A DNA stretch of 64,000 bases from Candidatus Bipolaricaulia bacterium (GTDB taxonomy: Bacteria > Bipolaricaulota > Bipolaricaulia > JBHIAT01). The stretch lies in the NCBI GenBank assembly GCA_046758705.1, contig JBHIAT010000002.1:639-64638 (forward strand), in the 5' to 3' direction. A program made the translations under genes and the position numbers. How positions within the stretch are numbered: the stretch's first letter is position 1; every line of letters begins with the position of its first letter. This document shows positions 28,437 through 37,554 of the stretch, piece by piece. The notes under the pieces were generated by a model that was not told the origin of the DNA, made no database searches, and saw only the letters and a program-made list of their open reading frames with translations.

Positions 28437-29256
28437 CGACGATCTTCAGCACAGTCAACCCCTCATTCAGGATCAGATAAGCCAGGATCGTCGAGCCCAC
28501 CGGCTCGCCGAGCAGGGCGACCGAGACCACCGCCGCCGCCATGTACTGAAGCGCCCAGTTGTACGACGTGTGGCCGAGGAGCTGGGGGCCGAGCGCCAGC
28601 AGCACCATCCACAGATAAGTCTCCCGGCTATAGCCGGTGAAGGCTTGATGGGTGGCCAGTGCGGCAATCAACAGAAGTACGGCGGCCATCCCGTAGACGA
28701 CAGTGATGTAGGTCAGCAGGTCGACCTTCTGGCGGACACGACGCCCGATGAGAACATAGGCGGCCACGGAGACCGCCCCGCCCAGGGCGAGCAGGTCCCC
28801 GTGGATCTCTTCTGACCCACCCTGGAAGTCACCGTACCCGATGAGCACGCCGCCGCCGATTGCGAGCCCAATCCCCCATATCAGGGTCGGATGAAGCTGC
28901 TCCCTCAAGATGAGATACGAGCCCAGGCCGACGAAGATCGGGTTGGTGGCGAACAGGACGATCGAGCTGGCGACCGAAGTGTAGTCTAAGGAGCTGATCC
29001 AGCTGATGAAGTGCAGACTGAGAAAAGCCCCGCTCAGCAGTGACAGCCCTAGATCTCGTCGCGACAGTTTCTTGAACTCATCACGACTGTGGGCCAGGGC
29101 CAATGGCGCGAGAACGATCATCGCCAACACCAATCGGTAGGTGGCCACCACCAGTGCCGGGGCATCAGCCAGCTTGATCAGGATCGAGGCAAACGAGGTG
29201 ATCCCGATCGCACCGAGAAGGATCGAGAAGCGCTTCGCATTGGAAGGAGGCATCAC
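28381..29256 (-). CDS. EamA/DMT-family 10-TM transporter
   Basis: Duplicated EamA-type hydrophobic halves, 291 aa. Confidence 0.75.
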   Translation of the reverse strand: MMPPSNAKRFSILLGAIGITSFASILIKLADAPALVVATYRLVLAMIVLAPLALAHSRDEFKKLSRRDLGLSLLSGAFLSLHFISWISSLDYTSVASSIVLFATNPIFVGLGSYLILREQLHPTLIWGIGLAIGGGVLIGYGDFQGGSEEIHGDLLALGGAVSVAAYVLIGRRVRQKVDLLTYITVVYGMAAVLLLIAALATHQAFTGYSRETYLWMVLLALGPQLLGHTSYNWALQYMAAAVVSVALLGEPVGSTILAYLILNEGLTVLKIVGGLLIISGIYLVAGGKQT

Positions 29257-30068
29257 TGCAGCGAACCAATCACCGTGCCCACGCCGTCCAGCGCCTGGGT
29301 GATCGGTCGCTCCCCCCGTGCGTCGCCTAAGATCACCGTGCTTACCCCACCGGCGAGCGCCTCCTTGGCCCCGAGCAGTTTCTTCTTCATCCGTCCCTTG
29401 GCGTAGCGCTCCAGGTAGGCGTCGACCTCATCCGGGGCGATCCGGTCGATCAAGCTGTCCTCGTCGTTTACATCTTTGAGCAGGCCGGGAACGTTCGACA
29501 GAATGACCAACCGCTCAGCGCCCATCGCCGCCGCCACCTGTGCCGCCGCCCGATCGCCGTCGACGTTCACCGCCACCCCCTCGTAGCTGATTGCTGGCGG
29601 GGTGAGCACCGGGACGTAGCTATGCTCCAACAGCCAGTCGAGCAGCTCGGTATTGACCCGCTCGATGATGCCCGAATGGTCGCCTCGCAGCACCCGTTTG
29701 CGTCCGCCCTCGACGATCTTCAACGTCGACTTGCGCTTCCCCTCCCAGATTCGCCCGTCGAGCCCACTCAACCCCACAGCGTTGACCCCACGTCGCTGGA
29801 GCCCCTCAACGAGCCGCTTGTTCATCTTTCCGGCGTAGACCATATTCAAAATCTCTAGGGTTTCCCGATCTGTGTACCGACTGGTGAATCCCGAGACCGA
29901 GGTCACGAACCGCGGCGGGGCCCCGAGTATCTCAGAGATTCGGTTCAGTTCGTGTGAGCCCCCGTGAACCAGGATGAATCTCTGATAGTCGGCCAGATTA
30001 TCCAGGAAGGCATCGTAATCGATCCCTTCGCTCCCGCCGATCTTGACCACCAATAATTGAACACTCAT
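29253..30068 (-). CDS. Amino-acid kinase family: acetylglutamate kinase or [LysW]-aminoadipate kinase (ArgB/LysZ)
   Basis: 'VVKIGGS', 'LVHGGS', 271 aa. Confidence 0.85.
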   Translation of the reverse strand: MSVQLLVVKIGGSEGIDYDAFLDNLADYQRFILVHGGSHELNRISEILGAPPRFVTSVSGFTSRYTDRETLEILNMVYAGKMNKRLVEGLQRRGVNAVGLSGLDGRIWEGKRKSTLKIVEGGRKRVLRGDHSGIIERVNTELLDWLLEHSYVPVLTPPAISYEGVAVNVDGDRAAAQVAAAMGAERLVILSNVPGLLKDVNDEDSLIDRIAPDEVDAYLERYAKGRMKKKLLGAKEALAGGVSTVILGDARGERPITQALDGVGTVIGSLQ

Positions 30069-30077
30069 GGCGAACCA

Positions 30078-31118
30078 CTAAATCGGGTGAAACCCGAGGG
30101 CCTCCAACCCGGCTTGCTCTTCGATCCCGAGGGCGAGGTTCATCGCCTGGACTGCGTCCCCCGCTGCTCCCTTGGTGAGGTTGTCGATCGCCGACATCAC
30201 CACCAGTCGATTGGTGCGCTCGTCCTTGGCAAAGCCGATATCGCAATAGTTCGTGCCGAACACAATCTTCGGCTCCGGATAGCGGTAGATCCCGCCTCGC
30301 TCCTTGACAAACCGGACAAACGGTTCATCGGAATAGGCTTCCCGGTAAGCGCGCCATATGTCCTTCTCAGTGTAGTCCTCGGTCAGGAACGTGTGGATCG
30401 TGCACATGATCCCCCGAACCAACTCAACGGCATGGGGGGAGAAGGATATGTTTCGCTCAAGACCGAGTTCCTGTTCCATTTCGGCCGTATGTCGGTGGCC
30501 GGCTGGCTGATAACTGCGCACCACGTGGCTACGTTCGGGATGATGGCTCGCCAGACCGACTTGCACCCCAGCGGCAGATGATCCGACCTTGGCATCGACG
30601 ATGACCCGCTCGACCGCGAAGCGATCGACGATCGGTTTGAGCGGGATGATCGCTGCAGCGGCGTTACAACCGGGAACCGCCACCAGAGTCGCTCCGGGCA
30701 GCCGATCGCGGTGGAGCTCCGGAAGGCCATAAACTGCCTGTTCCAGAAGCTCCGGTGCTTCATGGCGGATGCCGTACCACCGCTCGTAATCCTCCGGTTT
30801 TTTTAACCGAAAGTCGGCGCTCAGATCGACGACCATCTCAGCGATCCCCAGAAACTCATTCATATGACCCATCGAAGCTCCATGGGGTAGGGCGGAAAAC
30901 AGCACGTCGTAACGTCCCAGATTATCGGGATGGATGAACTTCAGATCGGTCGTTCCCCTCAGATTGGGGTGAACTTTGTAGATCGACCGACCCTGGTACT
31001 TGCGGGAGGTCACCGCCGTCAGTTCCACCTGGGGATGGCGTAGCAGAATCCGGAGCAGTTCCCCCCCAGTATAGCCCGATCCGCCGACGACCGCCACCTT
31101 GAACCGTCCGTTACCCAT
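30078..31118 (-). CDS. N-acetyl-gamma-glutamyl-phosphate reductase or LysW-aminoadipyl-phosphate reductase (ArgC/LysY)
   Basis: 'VAVVGGSGYTGGELLRIL' Rossmann fold and catalytic 'AVPGCNA', 346 aa. Confidence 0.9.
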   Translation of the reverse strand: MGNGRFKVAVVGGSGYTGGELLRILLRHPQVELTAVTSRKYQGRSIYKVHPNLRGTTDLKFIHPDNLGRYDVLFSALPHGASMGHMNEFLGIAEMVVDLSADFRLKKPEDYERWYGIRHEAPELLEQAVYGLPELHRDRLPGATLVAVPGCNAAAAIIPLKPIVDRFAVERVIVDAKVGSSAAGVQVGLASHHPERSHVVRSYQPAGHRHTAEMEQELGLERNISFSPHAVELVRGIMCTIHTFLTEDYTEKDIWRAYREAYSDEPFVRFVKERGGIYRYPEPKIVFGTNYCDIGFAKDERTNRLVVMSAIDNLTKGAAGDAVQAMNLALGIEEQAGLEALGFHPI

Positions 31119-31288
31119 CTTCGACCGTCCTTTGATCGATGTGATAATATCAAACTGGATGATACGGCCTAAGCAGCGTATGATTTTATGTACTATAGGA
31201 CATCTAATTCAAGTAGGCCGGTAGTAGGTGCTTCGTGATTCGGGCGAGGAGGGGTCATGAATAGAAGACAATATTCGCCCTCCTGGGG

Positions 31289-32173
31289 TCAAGCTTTCGA
31301 TCTGATTCTGGGGTTGATGACCTCGTCGAAGCCCAGATGCATCAGATAGAGCGACAGGAAGATGAGCGTCAGGGTGAGCACCGGGGCACTCCACCACCAC
31401 CAAAATTGGTTAAAGAGCGCATTGAATTGCAGCGCCCAATAGATCATCATCCCCAGGGTCATTTCACGCTGCGGCCCCAACCCCAGGATGGACAGACCCG
31501 ACTCGGCCAGGATCGCCGCCAGCGTTGCGTTCACAAAGTTGGCCCCCATCCATTGAAACATGTGGGGCATCAATTCCCGCATGACGATCTCGAATCTGGA
31601 CATGCCTGAAAGAATCGCCATATCCACAAAGCCTCTCTCTTTCAGGCTCAACACCTGGGCCCGGATCTGTCTCGCCGGCCACGCCCAGGCGAACGCCCCG
31701 ATGACCAATGCCATGACCTGCACGCTCACGCCTCTGACCAGCGCCGCGATCAAGATCAAAAACAGCAGCGATGGAACCGATAGGAAGACATCGATCAACA
31801 CTCTCAACACCGCATCCAATCTGCCTCCATAGTATCCACTCGTAAACCCGAGCAGCGCTCCGACCACCGTGCCGATGGTGGCGGCGATCAGCCCGATTTG
31901 AAGCGAGTTGACGATCGAATCGGCCAGCTGGACATCGATGCGTCTTCCCAGGCTGTCGGTGCCCATGATGTGTTCGAGGCTTGGCGGGCGCCTAGAGGGG
32001 AAGGCACCGGTGCGACGATACTCGAACGGAAGGACGTTCCGAGCGATGAACCCGCCGATGAAGATGACGGCAATGATGGTAAAACCGATGACGAACTTTT
32101 GGTTGCCGAAGAGTTTGCCGAGGATGCCTTGCTTCAGATTCTGCCACCTCAACCGTGCAGCGATGGAAGCCAT
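31289..32173 (-). CDS. Peptide-type ABC permease (DppC-like)
   Basis: Six-TM permease pattern with an N-terminal basic segment. Confidence 0.85.
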   Translation of the reverse strand: MASIAARLRWQNLKQGILGKLFGNQKFVIGFTIIAVIFIGGFIARNVLPFEYRRTGAFPSRRPPSLEHIMGTDSLGRRIDVQLADSIVNSLQIGLIAATIGTVVGALLGFTSGYYGGRLDAVLRVLIDVFLSVPSLLFLILIAALVRGVSVQVMALVIGAFAWAWPARQIRAQVLSLKERGFVDMAILSGMSRFEIVMRELMPHMFQWMGANFVNATLAAILAESGLSILGLGPQREMTLGMMIYWALQFNALFNQFWWWWSAPVLTLTLIFLSLYLMHLGFDEVINPRIRSKA

Positions 32174-32182
32174 GTGATCGAC

Positions 32183-33184
32183 TCACTTCCTCCCGTATCG
32201 GATTCTCGGGTCGATGAGCGGGTAGATGGCATCGACGATAAAGTTGGCCGTCGCCACCGCCAGAATGATGAGCAACACCGCTCCCTGGATCACCGGAAAG
32301 TCGAGCCCGGTGATCGATTCGTACAACCGCCATCCGAGACCGGGGTAGGCGAAGATGACCTCGGTGATGATCGCACCTCCGACGATATGACCGAACGCGA
32401 TCGCCAGACCGGTCACCTGCGGAAGCAGGGCGTTCCGGAAACCGTACTTCCACAGGATGCGTCGAGGCTTCAACCCCTTGGCCTTCGCCAGCGTGATGTA
32501 GTCCTCCCCGCGCAGCGGGATGATCATGCTCCTCATGCTCAGGAACCACCAGCCGAGGGAGACGAGCACGATGCTCAATGCCGGGAGCGTGGCGTGCCAC
32601 AACAGATCGCCGATGAACTCAACGGAAAACTCGATCTGAAGCGAATGCCCCCCGGACAGAGGAAATATCTGCCACAGAAACGCGAACAGGAACACCAAGA
32701 TGATGGCCAGGATATAATACGGTATCGAGTAGAGAATCAGGGCCGCTGGGACGAGCGCCTTCGACAGCTTGGACTCCTCGCCCCGCCACCCGACGACCGC
32801 GCCGATGAACGTTCCCAGGATCCAACTGATGATCGTGGTGACCGTCAACAGTCCGATCGTCCATGGCAGGGCACGCATCAGCACCTCGCTGACCGGGACC
32901 GGGAACATGGCGATCGAAACCCCCAAATTGCCCCGGGCAAGCTCTCTCAGGTAACTGAGATACTGGATTCCTAAGGATTTATCGAACCCGAATATTTCTC
33001 GATACGCGTCCACCAACTCCTGAGCGCCTCGGACCCCCCCCATCTCACCGAGCTTGGCAAGAACCCCACTCATCGGGTCTCCGGGCACGAGGCGGGGCAC
33101 AAAGAAGACGACCGTGATCGAGATGAAGATGGAGACGATGAAGATGATGAACCTTTGGCTGAGATACCGACCGTACGAACCCAT
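32183..33184 (-). CDS. Peptide-type ABC permease (DppB-like)
   Basis: 'LPGDP' N-terminal motif and EAA loop 'LAKAKGLKPRRILWKYGFRNA'. Confidence 0.85.
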   Translation of the reverse strand: MGSYGRYLSQRFIIFIVSIFISITVVFFVPRLVPGDPMSGVLAKLGEMGGVRGAQELVDAYREIFGFDKSLGIQYLSYLRELARGNLGVSIAMFPVPVSEVLMRALPWTIGLLTVTTIISWILGTFIGAVVGWRGEESKLSKALVPAALILYSIPYYILAIILVFLFAFLWQIFPLSGGHSLQIEFSVEFIGDLLWHATLPALSIVLVSLGWWFLSMRSMIIPLRGEDYITLAKAKGLKPRRILWKYGFRNALLPQVTGLAIAFGHIVGGAIITEVIFAYPGLGWRLYESITGLDFPVIQGAVLLIILAVATANFIVDAIYPLIDPRIRYGRK

Positions 33185-33215
33185 AAGTATGCGATATAAA
33201 AATTAAAAAAGGAAT

Positions 33216-33245
33216 CGGGCCCCCTAAGCTTAGGGTGGGGGCCCG
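33216..33245 (-). terminator. Intercistronic GC-rich palindromic hairpin between the solute-binding-protein and permease genes
   Basis: cgggccccctaagcttagggtgggggcccg, a 9-bp outer stem plus an inner aagctt palindrome. Confidence 0.5.
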
Positions 33246-33260
33246 ATCCGATTCTGCGTC

Positions 33261-35129
33261 TTATCCACCGGGTCGGCTCGGTCTGATCCCGCCGACCCAC
33301 TCACCGGTTGCGGGATCCGGATAGCCAACAACGACGGTGTTGAACGTCGCCCACCAGTTGACCGGCATATTCCAGGGGTTTGCGGCCGTAGGCCATCCAG
33401 TCCAGTAGGCGGTGCTGAACGGCACCAGCGCCGGCGCCTGCATCCCCATGATCACCGGAAGATCGTGGTGCAAGATCTCGATCGCATCGTGGAACAGACG
33501 CGTCATCTTGTCCACGTCGGTGGGTGGCGTCGCTGCCATCTCATCTACGATGGTGTCGAACTCGGGATTCCCATACCTGAACGAGTTTCTCTCGTACCAG
33601 GGTGCCGGATCCCCGAGGGGCACCTTGAACTTGCTGTGGAACAGCTCCAGGTTGTCGAAGATAAACCCGGGGCAGAACGGCTGGTAGGCGAGGTCCCAAT
33701 CGCCACGGAGTCGCGTATCCGCCTGAGGGGGTCCCGACATCGGGTTGACGGTGACGTCAACCCCGCCGGCGCGCAGCTGATCCGCCACGATCGCGGTGAC
33801 CGCCATGTCCTCTGAGTTACCCGAAGCGACCAGGAAGTTCAACGTGAACCGCTGGCCAGTATCGGTGATCCAGCCGCCGTCCGCTCCCTTGCGGAAACCG
33901 GCGGCCCGGAACATCTCCTCGGCCTTCGCCGGGTTATACTCCGTCGTCGGGTACTTCTCAAGCACGTCCTGGATGGCATCAAAGAACGGCTGCAACCCCG
34001 CGTACAACGGATAGACGTGTGGGCTAGCTGTGGTCGTCCCTTGATAGGCGAGATCCGCAATCGCGTCCCGATCGATCAGGTAGGAGAGCCCCCAGCGCAC
34101 CTCGCGGCGATTGAACGGCTCCCTAGCGTTCTGGACCATAAACGCCCTCGGGCAGGGGTCCAGCCAGGCGAACGGAGCCCGCTCATGCCAGGCGGTGACG
34201 TATGGGTTCCTGCGCTTGACCTGCAGATAGGTGTCCAGCGACAGGATCCCGATCGCGGGCGAATCGACATCGTTGTTCGCCAGGGCGATCGCCGTACTGG
34301 TCTCCGGACCGAAGTACCGGTAGACGACGAATCGGGGCGCCGGAACGACACCGAACACATCGGTCGCCCACCAGTCGTCCCTGCGCTCGAGGACGAATTG
34401 GGTCTCGGAGGTGCTGATCAGATTGTACGGTCCGGTTCCAACCACCGGGGAGTTGTTGTAGGTTACCGGATCCACATGCTCCCAGATATGCTTGGGCATG
34501 ATGGTGATCCCGCCCCAGATCGCAACGGCCGGGAACGCCTCTCGGTTCGTGTGGAGACGTGAATTGGGGCTCTTCAGCACGAACCGGACGGTCAGGTCGT
34601 CGATCTTCCGGACCGAGGCCATCCACTTGGCAACCTCAGAAGACCAGGTCAGCTTGGGCGCGTTTTGCAGCAACATGTTGTAGGTGAACACCACGTCATC
34701 TGCCGTGAACGGCATCCCATCGTTCCACTTGATCCCGTCTCTGAGTTTGACGGTGATGCTGCGGAAGTCAGCAGAGTACTGCGGCTGACTTTCGGCCAAA
34801 AACGGGATGTACTCTCCACTCTCCAGGTTCATGTAGTAGAGGTACTCCCACACAAACTGGTGCAGACCGGTTCTCGATCGATCAAAACCCGGTGTGTAGA
34901 TGTTGAAGTTGCTGGGACCCAGTCCCATACCCGGTTTTGATATCGCCACATAGAGCGTTTCCTCCCGGGGCAGGCGCTGCGCATAGCCCTGGTAGGAAAC
35001 CAAGCCGAACACCAACACCAACAGAATCGTGAAGATGGTGCTTAACCAGCTCGGCCTCATAAGATTTATCCCTCCTTTAGGAATTAGGTATGCGGTTGCC
35101 GAATGGCAGGTTTGCGATCCATCAACCAC
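33261..35129 (-). CDS. Family-5 ABC substrate-binding protein
   Basis: Signal anchor and SBP_bac_5-like layout, 622 aa. Confidence 0.85.
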   Translation of the reverse strand: MVDGSQTCHSATAYLIPKGGINLMRPSWLSTIFTILLVLVFGLVSYQGYAQRLPREETLYVAISKPGMGLGPSNFNIYTPGFDRSRTGLHQFVWEYLYYMNLESGEYIPFLAESQPQYSADFRSITVKLRDGIKWNDGMPFTADDVVFTYNMLLQNAPKLTWSSEVAKWMASVRKIDDLTVRFVLKSPNSRLHTNREAFPAVAIWGGITIMPKHIWEHVDPVTYNNSPVVGTGPYNLISTSETQFVLERRDDWWATDVFGVVPAPRFVVYRYFGPETSTAIALANNDVDSPAIGILSLDTYLQVKRRNPYVTAWHERAPFAWLDPCPRAFMVQNAREPFNRREVRWGLSYLIDRDAIADLAYQGTTTASPHVYPLYAGLQPFFDAIQDVLEKYPTTEYNPAKAEEMFRAAGFRKGADGGWITDTGQRFTLNFLVASGNSEDMAVTAIVADQLRAGGVDVTVNPMSGPPQADTRLRGDWDLAYQPFCPGFIFDNLELFHSKFKVPLGDPAPWYERNSFRYGNPEFDTIVDEMAATPPTDVDKMTRLFHDAIEILHHDLPVIMGMQAPALVPFSTAYWTGWPTAANPWNMPVNWWATFNTVVVGYPDPATGEWVGGIRPSRPGG

Positions 35130-35212
35130 CTCCCGATGGCTATTTCGATCCGACTATAACATGCCATCGAAGGTTGTGTCAAGAACGGTTGGCGGTGGAG
35201 ACAAAAACGGGT

Positions 35213-36949
35213 TCAGGAGGGGCGGGAGCCGCGACCGAACAAGGTTTGACCGAGCTTGGCGAGCAGCACACGCAGGATGAACAGTGGGATGGCCAGGTCC
35301 CTCCAGAACCGGCGCGGCTCGACAACTATCCGGTAGAGCCACTCCAGACCGAATCGTTGCCAGCGCGCCGACGCCCGGGGGATCCGTCCCGACAGCACGT
35401 CGAAGCTGCCGCCGACACCCATGCACAGCGGCACGTTCAGCTCATCCCTGTGATCCATAACCCAGTACTCCTGTCGGGGGACACCCAATCCGACGAGCAG
35501 GACGTCCGGTGCGGTCGCTCGGATCAGTCCGATGACGGCGGTGTCGTCTTCGAAGTAGCCGTGGTGGACCCCGACGATGTTTAATCCCGGGAATCTGTGC
35601 TCGAGCCGGCGTTTGGCCATCGAGGCAATCCCCGGTCTGGCACCTAGCAGGAACAACGTATATCCGTTCCGGGTGGCCCGTGCGCAGAACGCCTCGACCA
35701 TGTCAATTCCGGTCACTCGCTCCGGCAGCGGTCCGCCCAACAGACGCGAGGCCCACACCAGTCCGGCCCCATCGGCGGTCACCAGATCGGCTTTCCCGTA
35801 GATCTGCCGCAGCCGTTCTTCGCGACGCGCTCGGATGACTGCCGTCACATCGGGGGTGAGCACCATGCCCCCCCAGCATTCTTCGATCAGCCGCTCGAAT
35901 CGCACCAACGCCTCCCGGAACGTCACCCGATCGACCGGCACCCCGAAGAGCTCGGTCCTGATATCGGTTGCCTGAACCTGGGATGCCAGGGACTTGCCCC
36001 ACCACATCACCGCCCCGCCGACCACGGCCACACTGGCCAGCAGCGCAACGCTGCGGATGTCCGGGTAACGGGTCAACCCGACCAGGGCCACGCTGATGTA
36101 GCTGAAGCCGAGGTAGATCAAGAAGACCATCCCCGACCTGACGCGCCCCAGCCGTTGGAACGGCGTCCGTTCCGCCGAGATGGAAGAGGTCCCCTGAACG
36201 ATCGCGTAGGCGGTGGTCATCAGCGGAATCCCGAGGATGAGGATCGGGCTGATGAGCGTCAACGAGATCGCCGTCTTCAGCACCCCGGTGATCGCCAACA
36301 GGGCGATGCTGAACCCCAACCCCCGAGCGACCAGATCGGTCTCTTCGACCCGCGATGCGTTTGCCAGGATCCCGAGCGTGACCCCCAGGATGGCGAGCAC
36401 CAGATAGATGGCGTAAAATAACGGCTGATCTTGACTCTGCAACAGATTTACGATCAGAAACGCCAGGGATGAGACGAGCGCGATGCTCAGGATCAGCCGC
36501 CCTCCGTCCCGGAACGAGGTGCTCAAAAAACTGAGCGATTGGGTCACCACGACGACCCAGATCAGGGTGAGGGGCAAGCTGAACCTCGATAGGTAAAAGT
36601 AGCCTCCCTCTGGATTGGTGAGAAATTCGATACGGAAACCGAGATGATAAGCGATAGCACCGGCGACCGCGGCAGCGACCAGATCGAGGTAAACGGGAAA
36701 CGCCCACCGTCTGCGGATGGAGTGTGCCGCAACCAGGATCACCAGACCGAGCCCCAACCCCAACGTGCGCTCTCCCTGCCCTGAGAACAATCCCAACACG
36801 ATGGGGATCGCAAACAGGGCCAGGACCGGCGCATAACGACCGAGCCTGGGTCTGGGCCTCAATCCGTTCAGGTGGTCGATCGCATCAACAGCCCGGACTG
36901 CAACATAACTGAGAATCAGGCCCGACAGGAGGATGAATAAGGGGATCAT
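35213..36949 (-). CDS. Fusion protein: N-terminal polytopic membrane domain (~330 aa, possibly a divergent polyprenyl-phosphate sugar-phosphate transferase) plus C-terminal WecG/TagA/CpsF-family glycosyltransferase
   Basis: The C-terminal ~240 aa match the WecB/TagA/CpsF pattern ('LLGARPGI', 'GVGGSFD..SG', 'PRRFWRDL'). The N-terminus has ~9 TM helices with weak WecA-like 'VDAIDHL' and 'RDGGRL' motifs. Confidence 0.65.
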   Translation of the reverse strand: MIPLFILLSGLILSYVAVRAVDAIDHLNGLRPRPRLGRYAPVLALFAIPIVLGLFSGQGERTLGLGLGLVILVAAHSIRRRWAFPVYLDLVAAAVAGAIAYHLGFRIEFLTNPEGGYFYLSRFSLPLTLIWVVVVTQSLSFLSTSFRDGGRLILSIALVSSLAFLIVNLLQSQDQPLFYAIYLVLAILGVTLGILANASRVEETDLVARGLGFSIALLAITGVLKTAISLTLISPILILGIPLMTTAYAIVQGTSSISAERTPFQRLGRVRSGMVFLIYLGFSYISVALVGLTRYPDIRSVALLASVAVVGGAVMWWGKSLASQVQATDIRTELFGVPVDRVTFREALVRFERLIEECWGGMVLTPDVTAVIRARREERLRQIYGKADLVTADGAGLVWASRLLGGPLPERVTGIDMVEAFCARATRNGYTLFLLGARPGIASMAKRRLEHRFPGLNIVGVHHGYFEDDTAVIGLIRATAPDVLLVGLGVPRQEYWVMDHRDELNVPLCMGVGGSFDVLSGRIPRASARWQRFGLEWLYRIVVEPRRFWRDLAIPLFILRVLLAKLGQTLFGRGSRPS

Positions 36950-37076
36950 CTCTCCGCCCCCGGTTGCCGAGTTACCGAAACTGACTGAAATTTTTCCCCG
37001 AAACTGACTAAAGCTTTTCCATTGTATGCGACAATGAGTGGATTGTCAACCCTAAGGGGCACGGCATGCCGTGCCC

Positions 37077-37544
37077 CTACAGATCCGGTTCGATAATGAC
37101 CCGGCGTCCTGCGCCGCTCCCCTGACTGTAGGTCCGGACCCCGTCTACATGGCTCAGCGCCACGTGGATCGTCTTCCGCTCGTAGGACTCCATCGGGTTG
37201 AGTCGGATGCGCACCCGTTCGGTCTTGATCCGGTCGGCAAGCTCCAAGACCATTTTAACCAGTTCCTCTTCGCGCCTCCACCGGTATCCGTTGACATCGA
37301 GGTGAATCCGAACGTTGCGATCGAAACGTCGCTTCACAAAGATTTCCAGAAGGTATGAAAGGGATTGAAGGGTTTTCTGATCTTTCTCGTTAAAAACTGT
37401 GATATCTCCCTGAATATCGATCGAGATATCACCGTCTGACCGTTCATCCACGGAGAGCCGCACCGTCTCCCCGACGATCCCCAGGATCTCCTGGAGAACG
37501 TCTTCGACCGCCGCCACGATCTCCTGGTCCATTTCCATTTCCAT
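37077..37544 (-). CDS. jag: Jag/SpoIIIJ-associated KH + R3H RNA-binding protein
   Basis: KH-like and R3H segment '...ERKTIHVALSHVDGVRTYSQG', located downstream of yidC. The start was taken at an internal Met (MEMEMDQ) because the longer ORF overlaps yidC. Confidence 0.7.
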   Translation of the reverse strand: MEMEMDQEIVAAVEDVLQEILGIVGETVRLSVDERSDGDISIDIQGDITVFNEKDQKTLQSLSYLLEIFVKRRFDRNVRIHLDVNGYRWRREEELVKMVLELADRIKTERVRIRLNPMESYERKTIHVALSHVDGVRTYSQGSGAGRRVIIEPDL

Positions 37545-37554
37545 CTCCAGATTT

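Noticed and set aside
35703-36707. 334-aa Arg/Gly-rich ORF in an alternative frame within the WecG-fusion gene
   Set aside because: Same-strand alternative frame of a gene with clear WecG/TagA motifs; an extreme Arg/Gly composition artefact.
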